Shown here: piece after piece, positions 58,217 through 64,000 of the stretch
Layout of the letters: every line of letters begins with the position of its first letter
Numbering within the stretch: the stretch's first letter is position 1
NCBI GenBank assembly: GCA_024346625.1
Contig: AP024666.1
Span: 1,240,001 to 1,304,000 of the forward strand
From: Williopsis jadinii
Lineage: Eukaryota
Direction of reading: 5' to 3'
DNA length: 64,000 bases
Notes under the pieces: model-generated
The model's input: only the letters and a program-made list of their open reading frames with translations
Databases searched by the model: none
Told to the model about the DNA's origin: nothing
Made by a program: the position numbers and the translations under genes

Positions 58217-60034
58217 TCATAGGGGAAGTCGTCTATTGTCACCTTCACCAATGTCACGTCTTTGCATCATGATTGAAGTGGCTTCCTTAGTGCCGAACTT
58301 TCTCGTGAGCTTGGAGAAGAACAAACCACAAGCATTGCACAAGGACCGCACACCATATGGACCACGTCTCCACTCCGGGGTATCATCTGATCCACACTGT
58401 TTGCAGACATGATGTGTCCTGATGCTGAGCTCCTGGTTCAAATTGTTCTTCGGTTGTGATGACTGTGGTAGAGTTACAGGTGTAGGTGGCTTGACAACAA
58501 GAGCAATGCTCTGACCTCCTTTACCACGTTCTGCGCTGAAGCTTCGGTGTCTTTTAGTGACTGGATTCAGCTTATCACCCTCTTCACGGGCCCTCTTTGA
58601 ACGCACATGTTCTTGTAATGGTGTGGGACCTTTGACTTGTGGTTTCACAGAGCTCATTGGTGATTTATCCAGAACATTGGTCCGATCACCTTGTCCAGAC
58701 GCAGACGGTTCTCTCTTGTGTGACGACTGTTCATTGTACAATATCCACTGGTCGAAAAAGAACTTGATTTCAGCTGTTATATGAGCTGCCTCCTTCAATA
58801 TATCAAGTGGCGTATTCTGCACCAAGTCATTAATCACATCGGCACTTACTTGTACAGTCTCATCCCCAGTTTGATTATGGAACCTCCCTATAAGGTGTAA
58901 CATTTCAGTGGGAGACCCAAGGTCACCAAGTGGTGAGTGAACAGAAGTTTTAAAGTCCTGAAATATCTTCTCAAAAATCGAGTTGAGCTTAGCACTGAAT
59001 CCAAATACCTTTTCTAACTTATTAACCAGTCCTTGTAAGTCAACGGAGGCATTGGAGGCAACGTCTGCAAGAGCAGATAATGAATTCTCATTATCATAAG
59101 AATCTGCCTTACGGTGCTTTATCTGCTGCTGCTTTTGTTGCTGCTGCTGCGGTAGCATTGGTTGCATTTCGAACTGCTGGTGATTATAGCCACCACTGTT
59201 TGATCCTGTAATCACATAGTTTGGTTGGTTATAACGACTGTCCGACTGAGCACCAACAGGAATTGGTCCCTGAGCTGGAGATACATGTTCAGGTAAACCA
59301 AACCCATTAAGCTGTTGATGTTGGTACATTTGTGAGCGTGGACGTGTTGGTGAAGGTGGGAATCTATAAGCAGATCCACGATTCCCTCTCTGAACCCCAT
59401 TCGGAGGCAGATGAGTGTGATACTGATGAGGCCCATGGTACTGTTGAATTGCCTGATGCAAATGGTGGCCAGTAAACGGTGTTGAAGCTGCAACCATTGG
59501 AGCAGCAGACTGTGTTCGCTGTGGTATTGATGCTTTAAATGATCTTGAATTCGCATTGTTTGGACCATTACAAGCATCGCCTGGAAGTTGTAACGAAGAA
59601 TTGAAGGTAGCTGTCAATTCCGTAAAAGAAGGCAGTCTAAAGGACATTTCTCAGTGTTAGTAATGACAGACGAAAGAAATCTCAACGGGTATGGTTTATG
59701 CCTCTGTGCGATCAAGCCTTAATTTCCAGTGGAATATGGAAGAAGAGATCAACTTATAAACAGTTCCCATCAATTTGCTGCTCCACAGTGATCCATAGCA
59801 CACAAGTCTTGAGGAATCAGTGCAGCAGGATCGTTTTGATTTCCTCTTTGGCTCCCACCAGAATAATATTATATTGTGCCGGTATCATCTTGACAGAGAA
59901 AGCTACCTGGACGTAGCACAAGAGGAACATAATATAATCCAATTAAGGACTCCGTTGCACTCCACCCGGCATGACCATACCTACACTATAATTAATACAA
60001 CTTACCTTGTATGTCCGTACGTGTTCGAAGACAT
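58217..60034 (-). CDS. GAT2: GATA zinc-finger transcription factor, Gat2/Brg1-like; 1 long intron
   Basis: CKQCGSDDTPEWRRGPYGVRSLCNACGL. Predicted exon 1 60034-60006 (MSSNTYGHT-R); intron 60005-59637 (GTAAGT..TACTAAC..TAG); exon 2 starts LPSFTEL. Convergent with PSO2. Confidence 0.82.
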
Positions 60035-60930
60035 TTCAGCTCCCCAATCGTGAAATTCTGCTCAGAGTCTGAATACTTTACCGAGGTGTCCAGAGGTAAA
60101 GAGAGAAGGTAAAAGAACAAGCCAGAACTTTCAAAACCAGACACGGTTGCACTCTTATTTTAAACACCAAGAGAAGATTGCCTTTCAGTGAGTGTCCAAA
60201 ACCCAGAGAGAGAACCACACAGCTGATTGGAGAGTTGGTAAATGAGAGGATTTGAAAGCATTAAAAATAAGCAGCCGGTATCATGCCTGGCATATTAAAA
60301 GCTGCAACCCACTTCGTCGATGGATTTTGATTTGGTTTTATCAATTTGAGTTCACTGCACATCAAAGTCAAATTAGAACCAGATAAAGCATCAGCTGTAC
60401 AAGACATCCATTGTATTGGTAGGTATGATAGACTGTCGTGCGAGAGACAGAACCACTGTTTGAGTGGATAGCAACCATCCACGCATGGCGTGGCTGTGGG
60501 ACAGAACAGTCCATGATGGGAGAACCAGTGGTGGTGTTAGAGCTGAAGAAAGCTAAACAGCACCAATCACAAGTATTGGAGAAGCATATAGACGCATGTG
60601 GCTTGATGTGATCCCCAAAGGTTAAAGCCAACGAAAGCAAGCGTCCTTCAGTAGAGGAGCAAAGGAAAGAGGCCAGCTTGAGTATTATTGGAGCAGCCCT
60701 TGAAATTGGAAGATCCGGTATGAGCTAAAAGCACAAGCACAAGTGCATTGCAGCGTAGCATGTAGTCCATTTAGGGAGTATGTAGTGTAATTGTTGAGCT
60801 GATTTGTCACTCACGCCGTTAACTGGAGCCTTCACAAGGGCCCTGGCAGTATGTGCACTTTGGCGTTGATACAGGCATCTAATTGTTCCAGTGCATCAGG
60901 AGGAGATGAGCACATGATCCGTATTTCATA

Positions 60931-60952
60931 TCTCTCTCTCTCTCTCTCTCTC
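60931..60952. repeat. (TC)n microsatellite
   Basis: About 11 TC units. Confidence 0.85.
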
Positions 60953-62472
60953 GCTCCTGCTCGGCATCATAGGGAAACTGCTGGTGTAGCGAGCCTACTG
61001 ATCCGTATACATTTTGGCTTTAAAGTTGTCAGATATGGACAAGCAATGGGATGACGACTGGGTCAGTGACCCAGTCACTGGCTGGTTGAGCGATTTAGCA
61101 TCCATATCTTCATCTGGACGTGAGAAGCACCCATACACTGCACCGCTGATGATCTGGACACTAGCTTTGGAGATTCTAGATCAATCACCCGTTCCAAACG
61201 TCAATGAAACCCTGAAGTCTAAACGTAATACACCGCATCGTGGTACTCAGCATCTCACATATACTGGCAGCTCAATTTCACCTTGTAAGATTGGTCAAGA
61301 GGACCAATGGCACGTCTCCTTTGAATTTGAAGTGCCGTACGCTTATGTCGATACGAAGTGTAATAGATGCGATATCTCAGACAAATTATACGACTGCCTG
61401 CTGTACGGATCAATTGTCGAGCACGATACTGATGAGGGGGTACATGCTGACGACATGTAGCCACATCTTGTGGTCCCGTACAGTCAACAGCACCAAGTTA
61501 CTATTCATCAGTCACCGCAGGCTGTAATCCCAAGCTCTTGGAACTCACCATGAAACTCACCATCAGAGTGCAAATAGTAAAAAACACGCAAAGATTCAAG
61601 CCACCGGTACCAGCTAATGGATAGTGCCTCCTATCTGAGTCTAACAGCAGTTGTTTGCTCCCGCGTAGACGCCTCCTGGGGAAAGCACCTTCTCTCCGCG
61701 TGCTATTTTCTGTTGATGTTGCCCTTCTCGAAGAGTGCGGTCCTGGGCTTGATAACGATGGTGATGTACAACCGCTTTACACCTCACTCCCACGCAACGC
61801 TATTCTGCAAGCAGCTCGCTCTACTACATTGAACAGAGCACCACATTGGACTCATATTGGTGCCCTCGCTTCCGAGCTCTACAGCCCCTACATGGCTACT
61901 TACCGATGTAAGCTGCTCAAATCGTCCGGCAGTTCAAGGACAAGAACACCATCGCTCCACACAATCACGCCGCGTGGAGCTCGACTGATACAGATCTGCC
62001 GTCACAATGTTTTTTGTTTCTGGTAACGGCATTTGCTTCGTTCTAGGCACCGCTTTGAATCCACAGGCTATGGAGGAGCAGAACACTGCGGATCTTCGAA
62101 GGTGCCATGGACGTGACTTGGAGCTCACACACCACCGAGCCGTACGTGGAGACCTCTCTTTACACACAAACCATACGGTCACGATACGCTTGGTGGCTGC
62201 TGGAGCACACAGCGCTTAGCGCTGTGCTCTCTCCTTCTCCGTCGTGAAGGTAAACAATGGAAGTAAACAGTGGAAGAAGCTGGAAAAATTTTCGGCTTTT
62301 TATACCCGAGCTCTGCCATTCCGCCGCCGGTAAAATTACACCGCGGCGGAGGCTACGCTTAGGGCTTATTGCGGGAAGCCATAACCTCGTTCTAATTCAT
62401 CAAGGAAGAGCGATCCTGACTAGTGAAAAGGCTCAATTGGTGAGATATACAGTCAGCTGAACGCAGTCGAAC

Positions 62473-64000
62473 ATGGCACCTGCTCCTCCTCCGCCTCCTC
62501 CGCCGCCACCTGCGCCGTCACTGGGCAGTGGTGCTCCAGCACCAGCTCCCCCTGCTGCGGCCATGGCTGGTAGGGATGCGCTACTGGGTGATATCAGAAA
62601 GGGCAAATCGCTGAAGAAGGTTGAAACTGACGATAGATCCAAGCCCAAGCTTGGTGGCTCGTCGTCGTCGTCATCTGGTGGTGGTCTGGGGATGGCGATG
62701 GCAGCGCCACAGCTGCCTACACAGAGGCCTGGCTCCAGTGCACCACCTGTCCCTGTAGGAGCTCCACAGCTGGGGGACATCTTTGCCGGGGGTATGCCGA
62801 AGCTGAGACACCGTGAAGCTGCCAGTCTGGGCCAGCAGCCCAGTCACGATGCCCCTGCGACGCCATCGATGCCATCGTCCAGGCCAAAGAGATCAAGCGG
62901 CGTACCATCTGCTCCTTCAATCCCTACATCAAGTGTGCCGTCGATACCTAGCGCAGCACCACCAATCCCAGGCTCTGCGCCGCCTATACCTTCGATGTTG
63001 AACGTTCCCTCACAGACACATGCGAGAACACCTTCTTCAGGCTCGGTGGCGTCTCACCAGGCGCCTCCGCCTATTTCTTCAAGGCCACCGCCTATACCAG
63101 GAGCTGCTCCTCCGCTGCCGAACACAGCGATCCCTTCAGTACCATCAGTGCCAACTACGAGACCTCATAGAAAGGCTCCTAGCATCAGCTCTCCTCCTCC
63201 ATCACTGCCTGGGCTGAGTGCACCTTCGATTCCATCTGCTCCGGCTCCACCACCTTTACCAAGCTCAAATGCTCCAGCTCCACCACCTTTACCAAGCTCA
63301 AATGCTCCTCCTGCTCCACCATTACCAGGTAACAGTGCTCCACCTGCTCCTCCCGCTCCTCCTGCTCCTCCTGCTCCAGCACCACCTGCGAGCTCCTCAT
63401 CTCAGAGTAAAGCTGCTCCACCTGCTGGCGCATTCGCCTTCCTCGCCGACATCCAGAAGAAGAGAGATGATTCATACGTCGTGGACTCGGTGCCTTCAAA
63501 CTTTTCAGCTGCAAATCAAGCACAGTCTACCACTGATGAACCACTGAAGTCGACATCTAGTGCACCGAGTGTGCCTAATGTACCAAGTGTGCCTAGTCCA
63601 CCTGCACCAACTGGTAATCCATTGGCTGATGCACTGGCTGCTAGATTTGCAAAGAACAAGAAGGCAGAAGCTCCAACAACTGTGGCAGCACCTATTCCTT
63701 CAGTTTCGTCGAAGAGTCCATCGCCTGCTCCTGCTGTCCCACCACCGCTTCCATCGATGCATGCTCCACCTGCTCCACCTGTGCCATCAATTCCAACGTC
63801 ATCAGCACCACCAATACCTTCCTTGCCAAAGACATCAGCACCACCACCACCACCACTACCTACATCTTCACTATCACCAGCAGCAGTGCCACCTGCTCCA
63901 CCTGCTCCACCTGCTCCACCTGCTCCACCACCTATGACTGCACCTTCTGCTCCAGCTTCTAAGTCTTCCTCAGCTGCACCGCTTGCCGGTGGGCTGCCTT
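62473..64000 (+). CDS. VRP1: Verprolin/WIP (3'-partial; absent from ORF track because it runs off the window)
   Basis: MAPAPPPPPPPPP, WH2 GRDALLGDIRKGKSLKKVETDDRSKP, PQLGDIFAGGMPKLRH and extensive Pro-rich repeats. Confidence 0.93.
   Translation, partial: MAPAPPPPPPPPPAPSLGSGAPAPAPPAAAMAGRDALLGDIRKGKSLKKVETDDRSKPKLGGSSSSSSGGGLGMAMAAPQLPTQRPGSSAPPVPVGAPQLGDIFAGGMPKLRHREAASLGQQPSHDAPATPSMPSSRPKRSSGVPSAPSIPTSSVPSIPSAAPPIPGSAPPIPSMLNVPSQTHARTPSSGSVASHQAPPPISSRPPPIPGAAPPLPNTAIPSVPSVPTTRPHRKAPSISSPPPSLPGLSAPSIPSAPAPPPLPSSNAPAPPPLPSSNAPPAPPLPGNSAPPAPPAPPAPPAPAPPASSSSQSKAAPPAGAFAFLADIQKKRDDSYVVDSVPSNFSAANQAQSTTDEPLKSTSSAPSVPNVPSVPSPPAPTGNPLADALAARFAKNKKAEAPTTVAAPIPSVSSKSPSPAPAVPPPLPSMHAPPAPPVPSIPTSSAPPIPSLPKTSAPPPPPLPTSSLSPAAVPPAPPAPPAPPAPPPMTAPSAPASKSSSAAPLAGGLP

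Noticed and set aside
59995..60010. U1 snRNA 5' end (ACTTACCT)
   Set aside because: Better explained as the reverse complement of the GAT2 intron donor AG|GTAAGT. No U1 body is evident.
62433..63937. His/Leu-rich and Gly-rich ORFs listed near the window end
   Set aside because: Alternative-frame and antisense shadows of the Pro-rich VRP1 CDS.

Overview
Gene-dense chromosomal segment of a budding yeast (Saccharomycotina). CTG sits at invariant Leu positions (CK1 GLHNIL and KSLSGT, Atg7 NLKLMKW), so the genetic code is standard, not CUG-Ser/Ala. I can support about 33 protein-coding genes, one intron-containing tRNA-Trp(CCA) and 11 spliceosomal introns that the ORF track misses. Most genes are housekeeping and keep neighbour pairs I recall from S. 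cerevisiae: ASE1/SGT1, SPC97/ATG7/NMD3/DBP8, PUP2/GCN5, BRF1/SDA1, RNA15/DST1, PTI1/CYS4, DSE1/YCK3 and PSO2/GAT2. A gene-sparse block at about 3-15 kb holds an AIF/FSP1-like oxidoreductase, a one-SH3 Bem1 paralog behind a 4x Tec1-site array, a divergent Gpr1/Git3-like GPCR and a Yap-type bZIP. Other leads: (1) PTI1 and RNA15, both CstF-64 paralogs, lie in tandem; (2) the Brg1/Gat2 GATA gene has a hidden 5' exon and an in-frame ATG inside its long intron; (3) two introns need non-canonical AAG acceptors; (4) a 3x26-bp Cbf1-site repeat precedes CYS4; (5) an unexplained TGTTGGAAT motif cluster with a hairpin lies between EAF3 and STR3. I found no CRISPR array, no intact transposon and no clearly new system. 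All names come from motif recognition, not database searches.
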